A stretch of 26,548 nt of DNA. It comes from a virus (Duplodnaviria > Caudoviricetes). This document shows positions 1-8,563 of the stretch, one piece after another. Each line of letters opens with the position of its first letter. Position 1 is the first letter of the stretch. The DNA is taken from the IMG/VR virus record IMGVR_UViG_3300036391_000027, positions 1-26,548 of that record. The stretch is one strand, 5' to 3'. Below the pieces are notes generated by a model, which was not told the DNA's origin, searched no databases, and saw only the letters and a list, made by a program, of their open reading frames with translations. The position numbers were made by a program, and so were the translations under genes.

Positions 1-294
1 GTTCTTGTTGACCAGGGTGCCGTCCACCTCCAGCACCGCGACATTGCGGACGGCGGGGAAAGCCTTGTCCCGCGCCCACTGCGTGATTCCGAACGGCAGC
101 GACGATTGCCGCGGCGGCGGCTCGCCGTCGTAATCGTCGAAGGCGCCAGGACGGGGACGATCCGACGAGAGCCGGCCCTCGATATTGCTGCGGGCGATCA
201 GGGCCGCGAGAGCGGTCAGGAAGGCGTGACCGTTGCGCGGTTCGAGAAGCAACGGCCGGTCGAAGGCGCGGGAGGCGATGTGTGCAAAGCGCAT
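1..294 (-). CDS. S49-family head maturation protease (lambda gpC-like), N-terminal part, truncated by window edge
   Basis: Not in the ORF track. ATG at 294, 1 nt after the portal stop, translates MRFAHIASRAFDRPLLLEPRNG...VAVLEVDGTLVNKN, the typical start of phage S49 proteases that follow lambda-type portals. Confidence 0.85.
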   Translation of the reverse strand, partial: MRFAHIASRAFDRPLLLEPRNGHAFLTALAALIARSNIEGRLSSDRPRPGAFDDYDGEPPPRQSSLPFGITQWARDKAFPAVRNVAVLEVDGTLVNKN

Positions 295-295
295 C

Positions 296-1882
296 TCAGG
301 TCCCCGCGTTCGCCGGTTCGTTGCCGTTCGAGTTCACGCGGTAGAGCTGGGCGCCGGTGTCGGGCAGACCCAGCTCCTTCCGGCGGTGGTTTTCGTAGAC
401 CTTCTGCTCGAGCGTCTCTTCCCAATCGACGCCCTGCTCGGCACTTTCGTCCTCGAGGGTGCTGAGGTCGGCGTCGATCTTCATCCGCGACGCCTGCGCC
501 TCCTTGACGGGATCGATCCAGCCGCGGCCGGGACCGATCCAGCGGCACGCCACCCAATCGGACCGCGCTTCGTAGAAGTCGGGCGCCCCCTTCGGCAGCT
601 CGACCTCGCCGCGGTCGATCGCCTCTTCCAGCCACATCGCATAGACTGGATCGGCGAAGGTCGTGGCGAAGAACGCGCTGCGCCCCGTCATGAACTTCCA
701 GGCCGCGGCAAACGAGGCGCGCGCGCTCGAATAGTTCGTCTTGGAATAGTCGCGCGACACCTGTTCGTAGGAGAGGCCGGAGCCCGCCGCGATCCGGCGC
801 AACACCGCGTCCTCGAACTGCGCGAACTGCGCCGCCGCCGGTCGCGCCGCGTTCAGGAACTTGAGCTCGACACCCGGCGGCAACACCGGCACGGCGACGC
901 CGCGCACGTTGATGTCCACGTCGGGCGGCAACGCCGCGCCGGTCGTCGGGTCCTTGCCGAACACCTCGCCCAGGCTTTCGGGATCGATGCCCGTCTGTGT
1001 CTGGATCACGGCGGCATAGAAGGCATTCAGGATCGCGCCGATGGCCTCATAGCGCTCGTACACATCCTGAAGACGCAACGCCTCGACCACGGCGGCCAGG
1101 GGCGGCACGCCCCGGACCCAGCCCTCGCGGTCCTCCTCCAACCCGTGCAGAGTGACAGGCCGACCCCACGGCGTCTCGCGCGGCGAGTAGGTCCAGGTGT
1201 TCGCCTCGAGCGCGTTCACCCAATCTGCGGGATGGGCGTCGCGAATCCAGTAACCCAGCGGATCGCCGTAACGGCCGAGATGCACGCCCATGCGCAGATC
1301 GACCGCCTCGGGCGCGCCGTTCGGATTGCCCAGCCGGTCGGGATCCACGAGCTGGATGCACGTCGCATAGCGCGCGCGGCCCGGCCCGATGCGATCGGGT
1401 TCCCACTGCGCCACCGACAGGTGCTCACCCGCCATCTGCCAGGTCGTGAACTGCGTGCGCAGCAGGCCCGAGAAGCGACGACGGCGCGCGGCGTCGATCC
1501 AGCAGCCGGGATTGTCGGCGTGGCTGCGCCACTTGGCCTCGACGACGCTCGACCATTCGACGGCCGTCTTGTAGTCGATACCCAGCACGCGCCAGTTCGG
1601 ACGCGCGCGCAGCCGCCAGTTGGTTCCGATGACGGAGTCCAGCAGCGTCTGCTTGATGCCCGAGGCATAACCGTTGTTGCGGTCGAGGTCGCGGGTGCGC
1701 GCCACCAGCGGGTCGCGCGCCCGCGCGAGGTCGCCGGTCGGCGTGTTCAGGCTCGGATGCCAGCCGCCCAGCTCCTGGCTGACAGGATCGGCACCGCGAT
1801 AGGGCGACGTCGCCCGGTAAGTGCTGGCGCGCCGCAGCGGCGTGCCGTCATGTGAGACAAGGCCAGGAACGGAAGCGTTCAT
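296..1882 (-). CDS. Phage portal protein, lambda family
   Basis: 528 aa with motifs RTRDLDRNNGYA, RGVPPLA, GLSYEQVSRDYSKTNYSSARAS and GRGWIDPVKEAQA. Lies between gpW and the protease. Confidence 0.95.
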   Translation of the reverse strand: MNASVPGLVSHDGTPLRRASTYRATSPYRGADPVSQELGGWHPSLNTPTGDLARARDPLVARTRDLDRNNGYASGIKQTLLDSVIGTNWRLRARPNWRVLGIDYKTAVEWSSVVEAKWRSHADNPGCWIDAARRRRFSGLLRTQFTTWQMAGEHLSVAQWEPDRIGPGRARYATCIQLVDPDRLGNPNGAPEAVDLRMGVHLGRYGDPLGYWIRDAHPADWVNALEANTWTYSPRETPWGRPVTLHGLEEDREGWVRGVPPLAAVVEALRLQDVYERYEAIGAILNAFYAAVIQTQTGIDPESLGEVFGKDPTTGAALPPDVDINVRGVAVPVLPPGVELKFLNAARPAAAQFAQFEDAVLRRIAAGSGLSYEQVSRDYSKTNYSSARASFAAAWKFMTGRSAFFATTFADPVYAMWLEEAIDRGEVELPKGAPDFYEARSDWVACRWIGPGRGWIDPVKEAQASRMKIDADLSTLEDESAEQGVDWEETLEQKVYENHRRKELGLPDTGAQLYRVNSNGNEPANAGT

Positions 1883-1886
1883 GACC

Positions 1887-2114
1887 TCACCCGATCCTGA
1901 AACGAAGCGGACGCGCGATGCCCGACGGGTTGCCGAGTTCGCGCTCCATTTCCGAGATGTAGGCGCGCAGGTCGCCGATGTTGGCCTTGTCGTAGCTGAC
2001 GGTCTTGCCGCCCGACGTGATCGACACTTCCTTCTGCCCCAGACGCAGCTGGTGCAGGACGTTCTTCGCCTCGGTGAGGCGCGCCTGCAGGGCGTCGCGT
2101 TCCTGGTCGGTCAC
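1887..2114 (-). CDS. gpW: Head-tail joining protein gpW-like
   Basis: 75 aa from GTG at 2114 with GAGG upstream. LHQLRLGQKEVSITSGGKTVSYDKANIGDLRAYISEMERELG matches the gpW pattern. Located between terL and portal. Confidence 0.85.
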   Translation of the reverse strand: MTDQERDALQARLTEAKNVLHQLRLGQKEVSITSGGKTVSYDKANIGDLRAYISEMERELGNPSGIARPLRFRIG

Positions 2115-2124
2115 GACGGCCTCG

Positions 2125-4197
2125 CTACAGGTTGATCGTTCGACGCAGGGGGCGGCGAACGGCGTTCGCGACCTGCGGCGGGAAGGGTGACGCCGATGGA
2201 TTGGGCTCAAGGGGCGGGATGAGAGAATCGCCCAGGTCAGGGGCCCCGAACAAATCGCGCTGTTCGCCCCTCAGCCACTTTCTTTCCAGCCACTCCCACT
2301 CCGCCGGCGACTTCTTGGCCTGCCCGAGTTTTTCGAGCATCGCCATCGCGTAGATGCGACAGTCCAGAAGATGGTTCTGCGCGCCGATCTGGTGCCAGCC
2401 GGTGCGCTCGCGGCCGGTCTTGCGGTCGCGGGCGCGGACGAACACCTCCGACAGGAGCTGTTCGAAATCTTCCTCCGTCCAGTCCTGGCTGAAGTGGCAG
2501 AACCCCGGCGGGAACTCGAGAGTGTCCGGTTCCTGTACCTGCTTTATCTGGCCCGCAAAGCGGGCCTTCAGTTGCCAGGTTCCGACCGGGAACGTCTTGG
2601 GTCCCCGCCTGCGGGCCTTGCCCCGCTCGGACCGTTCACGGATCGTCGCCCGGCCGAGCCAGGGTGGAACGTGAAGACCGTCCTCGCCGCGCAATGGAAA
2701 GCAATTGACGCGGGACTTGCACCATCCCACGACGATATCGGTCTGATAGTTCGCATCGACCCCGGTGGCTTCGATCGGACGATCGTTGCCGTTGAGGTCG
2801 CGGAACCTCTTGGCGCGGACCTTGTCGAGCGCGCGCCATGCGGTCGATTCCTCGGTCGACGTGTCGCCGTCAAGGAACCCATGCTCGATCGACCAGGTGG
2901 TCCAGCCTCGCCCCGACGCCAGCACCTCGTAGAAAATACCATTCGCCTGAACGTCGGCGCCCAGCGCGATCATCAGCGGCCCGCCGGCGCCGACCGGGCC
3001 GGGGATCGTGCCCAGGTCCCACGTCTCGCGCCGCGCCACCAGCGCGGCCGCCTTCGGGGCATCGCCCTTCTCATCCCATGGCTCGCCGAGCCACAGGTTG
3101 ACGAAGGTCTTCAGCTTCTCCGTGTCGCCCTTCGCGTCGAGGAAAGCCTTGACCGCGTCATCCCAGGTGACGAATGGCGAATACAGCGCGTTGATGTGGT
3201 AGCTGGGCTCGCGACCCGGCAGCGGCTTGGCGTGGATCCACTTCGCGCCGTTCGCGGGGTCCATCATCGCTTCGAGCTGCCAGTGCTCGATGACGCAGCC
3301 CGCTTCCTCGCAGATGTAGCGGGCGCGGTGCGGCGCCTCTACATCGAACTTGAGGCCGAACTTCTCCTTTTCACCACCCCACTTCAGAGTCTGCAGGTGC
3401 CCGCACTGCGGGCACGGGACATGATAGCGGGCGCGGGTGCCTTCCTCGAACTGCTTCCAGATGCGGCTCAGCTTCAGGATCGTCGGCGTCGAAACGTCGA
3501 GTTCCTTGTCCTGCGCCGTCTTCTTGAAGCTGATCAGGCGCGCGCGCGCCATGCCGACCGGATCGCCCTGCCCGCTCACCGCGAGCGGAAATTCGTCGAA
3601 GTCGTCGCAGATCAGTATCTTGATCGACTTCTGGCGCAGGCCAGCCGCCGAGTTCGCGCCCGTGATGACGATCGAGCCGCCCGGGAAGCGCTTGCGCTTC
3701 AGGGTCGAGCCGCCGCGACCGCGGATGACATGCTCGGCAATCTTGCGCTTGGCGCGGGGCGTGGACTCGATCGTCGGGTCCAGCTTCTCGTTCGTCCAGT
3801 CGCGTCCGGCCTCAATGGTCGGATGAACCACCAGGATCGGCGCGGGTGCCGCGTCCGCCGACCACAACAGGACGTTCGAAATCATCTCCGAGCCGGCGAT
3901 CTGCGCCGACTTGGCGAGCGTCACCCGCCGCGCCCAATGGCCGGGCGCCAGGCAATCCATGATCTCGACCAGGTACGGCGTGCGGCTGTTGCGCCACTTG
4001 CCGGGATGCGGCGAGGTGCCTTCCGCCACCATGCGATGACGATCGGCCCACTGGCTGGGCCGTACGTCGGGATCCCGCCGGATGCCGCGGCGCTCGGCGC
4101 GACGCACGATGCGGCGCGCGCGGGCGAGTTGGGGGAAGCGCTTACGAAGTTCCTGCGGACTGAGGCTCGGCGTTGCCACCGGCGGCGTCGATGTCAT
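2125..4197 (-). CDS. terL: Terminase large subunit (lambda GpA family)
   Basis: GKWRNSRTPYLVEIMDCL, Walker A-type KSAQIAGSE, GANSAAGLR, STPT coupling motif, Cys cluster CPQCG...CEEAGC, FVNLWLGEPW, GADVQ nuclease motif and NHLLDCRIYA. Start taken as ATG at 4197; the ORF extends to 4269. Confidence 0.95.
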   Translation of the reverse strand: MTSTPPVATPSLSPQELRKRFPQLARARRIVRRAERRGIRRDPDVRPSQWADRHRMVAEGTSPHPGKWRNSRTPYLVEIMDCLAPGHWARRVTLAKSAQIAGSEMISNVLLWSADAAPAPILVVHPTIEAGRDWTNEKLDPTIESTPRAKRKIAEHVIRGRGGSTLKRKRFPGGSIVITGANSAAGLRQKSIKILICDDFDEFPLAVSGQGDPVGMARARLISFKKTAQDKELDVSTPTILKLSRIWKQFEEGTRARYHVPCPQCGHLQTLKWGGEKEKFGLKFDVEAPHRARYICEEAGCVIEHWQLEAMMDPANGAKWIHAKPLPGREPSYHINALYSPFVTWDDAVKAFLDAKGDTEKLKTFVNLWLGEPWDEKGDAPKAAALVARRETWDLGTIPGPVGAGGPLMIALGADVQANGIFYEVLASGRGWTTWSIEHGFLDGDTSTEESTAWRALDKVRAKRFRDLNGNDRPIEATGVDANYQTDIVVGWCKSRVNCFPLRGEDGLHVPPWLGRATIRERSERGKARRRGPKTFPVGTWQLKARFAGQIKQVQEPDTLEFPPGFCHFSQDWTEEDFEQLLSEVFVRARDRKTGRERTGWHQIGAQNHLLDCRIYAMAMLEKLGQAKKSPAEWEWLERKWLRGEQRDLFGAPDLGDSLIPPLEPNPSASPFPPQVANAVRRPLRRTINL

Positions 4198-4792
4198 CGT
4201 CCAACTCGTCGTCGGCTTCCTCCGCGAGCGAACGTTCCCGCTCTGCGTAGGCGTCGCGCACGATGCCAATCAGGAAGTGGCGCCACTCTGCCTGTGTGCG
4301 GGGCTGGCCCGCGAAGGCGTAGGCTTTCCCGTCGCAATCGGCGACATACTGTTGAACTGCATCGCGCGTCGCGCGTGCCGTGGTGGTTTGCTCGCGCTCG
4401 ACTTCGGCAGCGATGACAAGCAGTCCCTCGTCGACTGCCTGCTTGAGTTGCAGGCTGCGCGTGCGCACCTGTCTCTCTTCGATCATCACCGCAGTCAGGC
4501 CGCTCATCGGGCGACCAGACTGCGAACGGCGTTCGTTGCCGTCGTCCGCTTCGTCATCGTCACGGCGCATGTTCGGATTGAGGTTCGCTTCGCGGGCCTT
4601 CTCGACCTCGGCCAGGTCGAACAGCGGCGCGCCCTCATCCGTCCAATCGGCGACCGGGATTTTCCCCGAATGCGCCTGCTTGCTCACCGTCGACTTTGCA
4701 ACGCCGATCTTCTCGGCGAGGGCAGTCACGCCCAATAAGTCTGAGCGGCGCGGCGTTTCGTTTCCGTCACCGTTTCCAGTTTCGGAAACCAT
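4142..4792 (-). CDS. terS: Terminase small subunit (Nu1-like, N-terminal HTH)
   Basis: HTH-like LGVTALAEKIGVAKSTVSKQAHSGKIP, a coiled-coil middle and an acidic tail. Overlaps the terL start and lies next to the predicted cos. Start uncertain (4792, 4804 or 4807). Confidence 0.75.
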   Translation of the reverse strand: MVSETGNGDGNETPRRSDLLGVTALAEKIGVAKSTVSKQAHSGKIPVADWTDEGAPLFDLAEVEKAREANLNPNMRRDDDEADDGNERRSQSGRPMSGLTAVMIEERQVRTRSLQLKQAVDEGLLVIAAEVEREQTTTARATRDAVQQYVADCDGKAYAFAGQPRTQAEWRHFLIGIVRDAYAERERSLAEEADDELDDDIDAAGGNAEPQSAGTS

Positions 4793-4834
4793 GATGCGTT
4801 TCACCAAAATTCAAACACGGTAGCTACGAAAGCC

Positions 4835-4879
4835 AAGCGGTGCGCGTTACCCGCTTACCAGGGGGCTCAGATGGGACCC
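4835..4879 (-). other. Predicted cos packaging site (cosQ-like GGGTCCC at 4873-4879; cosN-like dyad AAGCGG-N10-CCGCTT at 4835-4856)
   Basis: The minus strand reads ACGGGTCCC-ATCTGAGCCCCCTGGT-AAGCG|GGTAACGCGCAC|CGCTT-GGCTTTCG. This resembles the lambda cosQ (GGGTCCT) plus cosN arrangement and lies just upstream of terS. Confidence 0.65.
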
Positions 4880-4981
4880 GTTGACCCCGCCCTTTCGACC
4901 TCCTAGGGCTGGTCTGCCCGAGGGCTCGCGACCCCCTACCCCTAGGCCTCGCGGTCCGTTCGCGGTTGCGAGATGGTCGGC

Positions 4982-5599
4982 CTACTTCGCTGACTTCTGA
5001 GCCCGCTCCATCGCACGTGCGAAGTTGAGGCCGAAGCGTCGCCCGACGATGTCGAGCACGGTGCCCTTCAAGCCGAGGGTCGGGCGAAGCTTCACGCCTC
5101 GCTTGAGCCAATACAGGACACGCAACGGATAGCGGGCCTTCCCCACCCTCTCAAGGATACCGAAGCCACCTTTGCGCGTGAGGATGTTGCTGCCGTTCCA
5201 TTGCAGCACACGACGTCGACCACGCAAGGCAGCCGGCTTCTGCCCTTTAGGGATCAGGTCGCGCTTGTTGCGGCGCGCCTCGACCGGAACGGCAACGCGC
5301 GAGTGATCTCGCGCCCTCTTCGTCCCGCCCGTCTCCTGCAGCTCCATGAAGTCATCGACCGAGCCGATAATGGACCGCAGCGTCGACTTGGTCGCGGGCG
5401 TGATGCGGATGCCAGATCGCACCCGGTTGTTACGAAGGGTGAAGCGACGAGGCAGGCTGTCCTGCACGGCGCTCTGACCGTCCTGCGCCGTCATGGTCAG
5501 TGCCAGGGCGGTCGCGAAGGGAACTTGCCGCTGGGCGAAGTCGTCGAGGTCGGCGGTCGCCTTCGCCACATCGCTGCGGACGGAAATCCACGGCGGCAT
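4982..5599 (-). CDS. Phage morphogenesis protein, gpZ/minor-tail-like
   Basis: Basic 205-aa protein with QRQVPFATALALTMTA...FTLR, typical of the gene found just upstream of cos/terS in lambda-portal proteobacterial prophages. Confidence 0.65.
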   Translation of the reverse strand: MPPWISVRSDVAKATADLDDFAQRQVPFATALALTMTAQDGQSAVQDSLPRRFTLRNNRVRSGIRITPATKSTLRSIIGSVDDFMELQETGGTKRARDHSRVAVPVEARRNKRDLIPKGQKPAALRGRRRVLQWNGSNILTRKGGFGILERVGKARYPLRVLYWLKRGVKLRPTLGLKGTVLDIVGRRFGLNFARAMERAQKSAK

Positions 5600-5651
5600 G
5601 GGCAGGGCTCAAGTTGTAAGGGTTGTCTGCGGCGCGTTTTCGCCAGCGTGT

Positions 5652-5685
5652 CAGAAAACTACTGTTTTTCTGGTCCGTCTGTAAA
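5652..5685 (-). promoter_or_regulatory. Candidate late promoter (PR'-like) with overlapping inverted repeat
   Basis: Minus strand TTTACA(5685-5680)-N18-TAGTTT(5661-5656). The dyad CAGAAAA-N7-TTTTCTG (5652-5672) overlaps the -10. Lies immediately after the Q-position gene and before the late genes. Confidence 0.45.
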
Positions 5686-5687
5686 GC

Positions 5688-6410
5688 CTATTTTTCGGCC
5701 TTGGCGATTTCCGCCCGATAGCGCTCGACCGTAGGAATATCCAGCATCGCCAACGGCCCCAGAACCCGGCTGATCCCCGTGGCACCGTCGAGCGCACGGC
5801 CCGACTGCCACACCCTCGCGAAGCGCTGGCATTCCTGCGTGTACCAGGTGCACACCGCCGTATGGCTGAGCTTCGTTGCGACGGAGCCCATACGCCCCAG
5901 CGTCTTAGCGATCTTGCGGGCGCCGAGGTCGAACATCATGCCGGTGAGGATGACCCGATGCGTTGCAGGCCTCACGGCCACCTGATCCCACGTCCACTCT
6001 GCCCGCGATATGTCGGCCGGTGTGGGCGGCGACTTGCGAGGCTTGTCCACCGAGAGTTCGGCCAGCGCCGCGCTGCCCAGCAAAGACACGAAATCGCCAC
6101 GCGACCCACTCGGCAGTCGGGCGATCGTTTCCCCCACGATCACCAGCCGGTGATGCACCAGATCGGGCGTCCACCGCGTGAAGCCGCAATGATCCCACTC
6201 GCCCTTCGCCGTCGCGATGACGGAAACCGTATCCGGCTGATCGGCTTCCTTGATCGCTTCCGCGTCAAATACCGCCCGCCGTTCGTTGACCAGCACGGCA
6301 CGCTGGCCCGGCGGGCGCACCACGGGCCGGAAGTTGGCCGCATCGCCTTCGTTGATCGGGTGTGTAACGGTGTTACGGGTGTGTAGCGGGGTGTGTAGCG
6401 CCTTCGGCAT
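5688..6410 (-). CDS. Putative late-gene regulator (DUF6362-like, Q position)
   Basis: WTPDLVHHRL...IARLP and PPTPADISRAEWTW resemble DUF6362. Has a C-terminal HTH-like segment and an AGGAG RBS before ATG 6410. Sits between replication and packaging genes. Confidence 0.6.
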   Translation of the reverse strand: MPKALHTPLHTRNTVTHPINEGDAANFRPVVRPPGQRAVLVNERRAVFDAEAIKEADQPDTVSVIATAKGEWDHCGFTRWTPDLVHHRLVIVGETIARLPSGSRGDFVSLLGSAALAELSVDKPRKSPPTPADISRAEWTWDQVAVRPATHRVILTGMMFDLGARKIAKTLGRMGSVATKLSHTAVCTWYTQECQRFARVWQSGRALDGATGISRVLGPLAMLDIPTVERYRAEIAKAEK

Positions 6411-6616
6411 CCCGATTCTCCTGTCTTTTATCTATTTTTGTTACACTGCTACACAGAGAGAGACGTTGACCGTCATGTGCTCGCAGGCGCACGCACGTCG
6501 GCCCACCCGCTCTGCTGTGTAGCGGTGTAACGAATTGCCCGATCTCGTTGGCGGGCCTGCATTTGGCGGCGCTACACACGATGTAACACCGCCGCTACAC
6601 GGTCGAGGTGTGTAAC
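6362..6616. repeat. Iteron-like heptamer array GTGTARC, probable phage replication origin
   Basis: GTGTA(A/G)C occurs on + at 6362, 6381, 6393, 6517, 6525 and 6610, and on - at 6440, 6448, 6571 and 6594. ATGTAAC occurs at 6581. An AT-rich patch lies at about 6424-6443. Directly downstream of the helicase gene. Confidence 0.75.
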
Positions 6617-6619
6617 GCC

Positions 6620-8503
6620 TCACGGCTGTTCGTCGCTGAGCTGCGGCAGGTAGACCGGCGGCACCAGCAGCGCGCGCGACGGCGGGCCGGCGAAGCGGAT
6701 GGGCGCTTCCTCCCGGTGCAGGCGGCGGGCACCCACCAGGCCCTGCATGATCTGGTTCCATTTCTCGCCGCTCCATTCCGGTCGCTTGGCAAACACGTCC
6801 TCTAGTCCGGAGTGCTTGTTGGCGATGGCGAGCCACGCCCTGTCCCATGGGTCGCCTTTCTCCAGGGGGATGAGCCGCAGGCCCTTGCGATGGAGTTCCG
6901 TCCGCGCGTCGCCTGCGTCGACGCTGTCCTTTTCGCGGGCGCGCGCGATCGTCTGGCCGATGGTGAGGATCTTGCCGCCGCGCCACGCGCCATGCAGATC
7001 GCTGCCCAGCAGGTAGTTGAAGCATTCGGACGCCTCGTCGCCCTCGCCGCCGTCCGCATCGGCCAGGGTGCGCATGTAGTCCTTGAACCTCTTCACGTCG
7101 GCGATGCAGTCCTCATCGGGAGGGTCGTCGCGGGTGAGCGTCCACCATCCGGCGATCAGGTGGCCGATCTGGTCGGCGTCGCCCGGCGTGCCGCCGAGGT
7201 CGATGATCGCCTTCTGTGCCGCCGCAAGGTTCTCGACGAACTGCGGCCAGCGATGGATGGCACGGGCGCGGAGCCGGGCGGACAGCTCGGCCGCCCTCTT
7301 TCGATCGGCGGCAATCTCCGCGCCGGTCGCGAGGATCCCGTCATCGCGCTCCCGCAACGGCAGCAGCTCGAGGAGCGTGATGCGGCGGCGGTCCTGCGGG
7401 CGCCAGCGCTCGCGCACCGTCGCCGCCATGGTTACCGGACCGTGCACGTTGAAATCGCGCGTCTTACCACCTTCGGCCGCACGGCCACCTTCGGCGCCGT
7501 CGTCGCTCAGCAGACGGATCAACTCGAACAGATGCTTGATGCGGTCGGCATCGACGTCGCTTTCCGCTTCGTCCAGCAGCACGGCGAGCGCCATGCCGGA
7601 ATACTTTCGTTCGATGAAGGCCTTGGAGTAGGTCTTGAGCAACGGTCCGGCCGATGCACCCAACAGCGCCTTGAAGAAGCGCAGCAAGGTCGACTTGCCG
7701 GCCTCCGGTGGCGCCAGAACGAACTTGTGCGGTTTCCACAGCGTCGCGTCGCCCAGGAAGTCGCAGAACAGGCCGCCGGCACAAAGCTGCCGGGCTTCCT
7801 CGTTGATCCAGTGCCAGCGGTCGAGCGCCGACAGAACCCACAGCCCTTCAATGGCCGTCGCGGGCTGCCATTCGAGGCCGTACGCCGTCGCCTTGTGCGC
7901 GGGCGGCTCGCGCCGGCCGGCGATCACATAGATGAAATCGCCGAACTGTGCACCGGGATCGAAGGAGTCGCCTTCCGCGAACACGACGTTGCCGGCATGC
8001 ACCAGGGGTGCGCCGTCGTCGCCGCGCCAGGTGCCGACGCTGCGATGCTGGAGAGACTCGTCCAGGAAACCGCGCGCGGTGCAAACCCGGATGAGTCCCT
8101 CGGTGCACGTCGCCGGGTTCGGGCGATTGATCTTGTTGCCGTCCTTGTCCGTCGCCGGGTAATGGCGCGTGGGCCAGCGCAGGTCGCCCGCGAACAGGTC
8201 GGCCAGGCCGCCGCGACCCTGCAGGGCCGCCGACTTGAACGGACGCACCTCGCCAGCTGCCGTCACGAACGAATACTCACCCTGCTTGAAGCCCAGCGGC
8301 CGGATCGGCGGCGGATCGAGCCGCCATTCCTTGTCGAGGAACCACCACTCGTTGCGCCGGTAGTCGAACCAGGTGAGGCCTTCCCAATCGTCGGGCGGGC
8401 CGCGACGCTCCGGCGGGGCATCGTCCTTCGTGTCATCGGGTTCGAGGTCCGTCGCGAAATCCTCGGACCCGCTGCCCGCATGGTTGTTGTTGTCTTGGGA
8501 CAT
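6620..8503 (-). CDS. Phage replication P-loop NTPase / probable replicative helicase
   Basis: 627 aa with Walker A APPEAGKST, Walker B VLLDEAE and an Arg-finger-like QDRRRI. In the same operon as the primase and adjacent to the iterons. Confidence 0.75.
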   Translation of the reverse strand: MSQDNNNHAGSGSEDFATDLEPDDTKDDAPPERRGPPDDWEGLTWFDYRRNEWWFLDKEWRLDPPPIRPLGFKQGEYSFVTAAGEVRPFKSAALQGRGGLADLFAGDLRWPTRHYPATDKDGNKINRPNPATCTEGLIRVCTARGFLDESLQHRSVGTWRGDDGAPLVHAGNVVFAEGDSFDPGAQFGDFIYVIAGRREPPAHKATAYGLEWQPATAIEGLWVLSALDRWHWINEEARQLCAGGLFCDFLGDATLWKPHKFVLAPPEAGKSTLLRFFKALLGASAGPLLKTYSKAFIERKYSGMALAVLLDEAESDVDADRIKHLFELIRLLSDDGAEGGRAAEGGKTRDFNVHGPVTMAATVRERWRPQDRRRITLLELLPLRERDDGILATGAEIAADRKRAAELSARLRARAIHRWPQFVENLAAAQKAIIDLGGTPGDADQIGHLIAGWWTLTRDDPPDEDCIADVKRFKDYMRTLADADGGEGDEASECFNYLLGSDLHGAWRGGKILTIGQTIARAREKDSVDAGDARTELHRKGLRLIPLEKGDPWDRAWLAIANKHSGLEDVFAKRPEWSGEKWNQIMQGLVGARRLHREEAPIRFAGPPSRALLVPPVYLPQLSDEQP

Positions 8504-8563
8504 ACCCCTGCCCTAACGCTTTTCCGCCATGGGCGTGCCGCGATCTGCGCGCCCCATGCCGGA

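Noticed and set aside
233-4416. Long plus-strand ORFs (233-1855, 2371-4416) opposite portal and terL
   Set aside because: Antisense shadows of GC-rich genes. The minus-strand frames carry the recognisable motifs.
6362-6616. Repeat cluster as a CRISPR array
   Set aside because: The repeats are 7 bp, irregularly spaced and in both orientations. There is no repeat-spacer periodicity and no cas gene.
6812-8563. 771-aa ORF 6812-9127 as one large nuclease fusion
   Set aside because: The upstream part is the antisense shadow of the helicase. The real gene begins at the signal peptide (ATG 8564).
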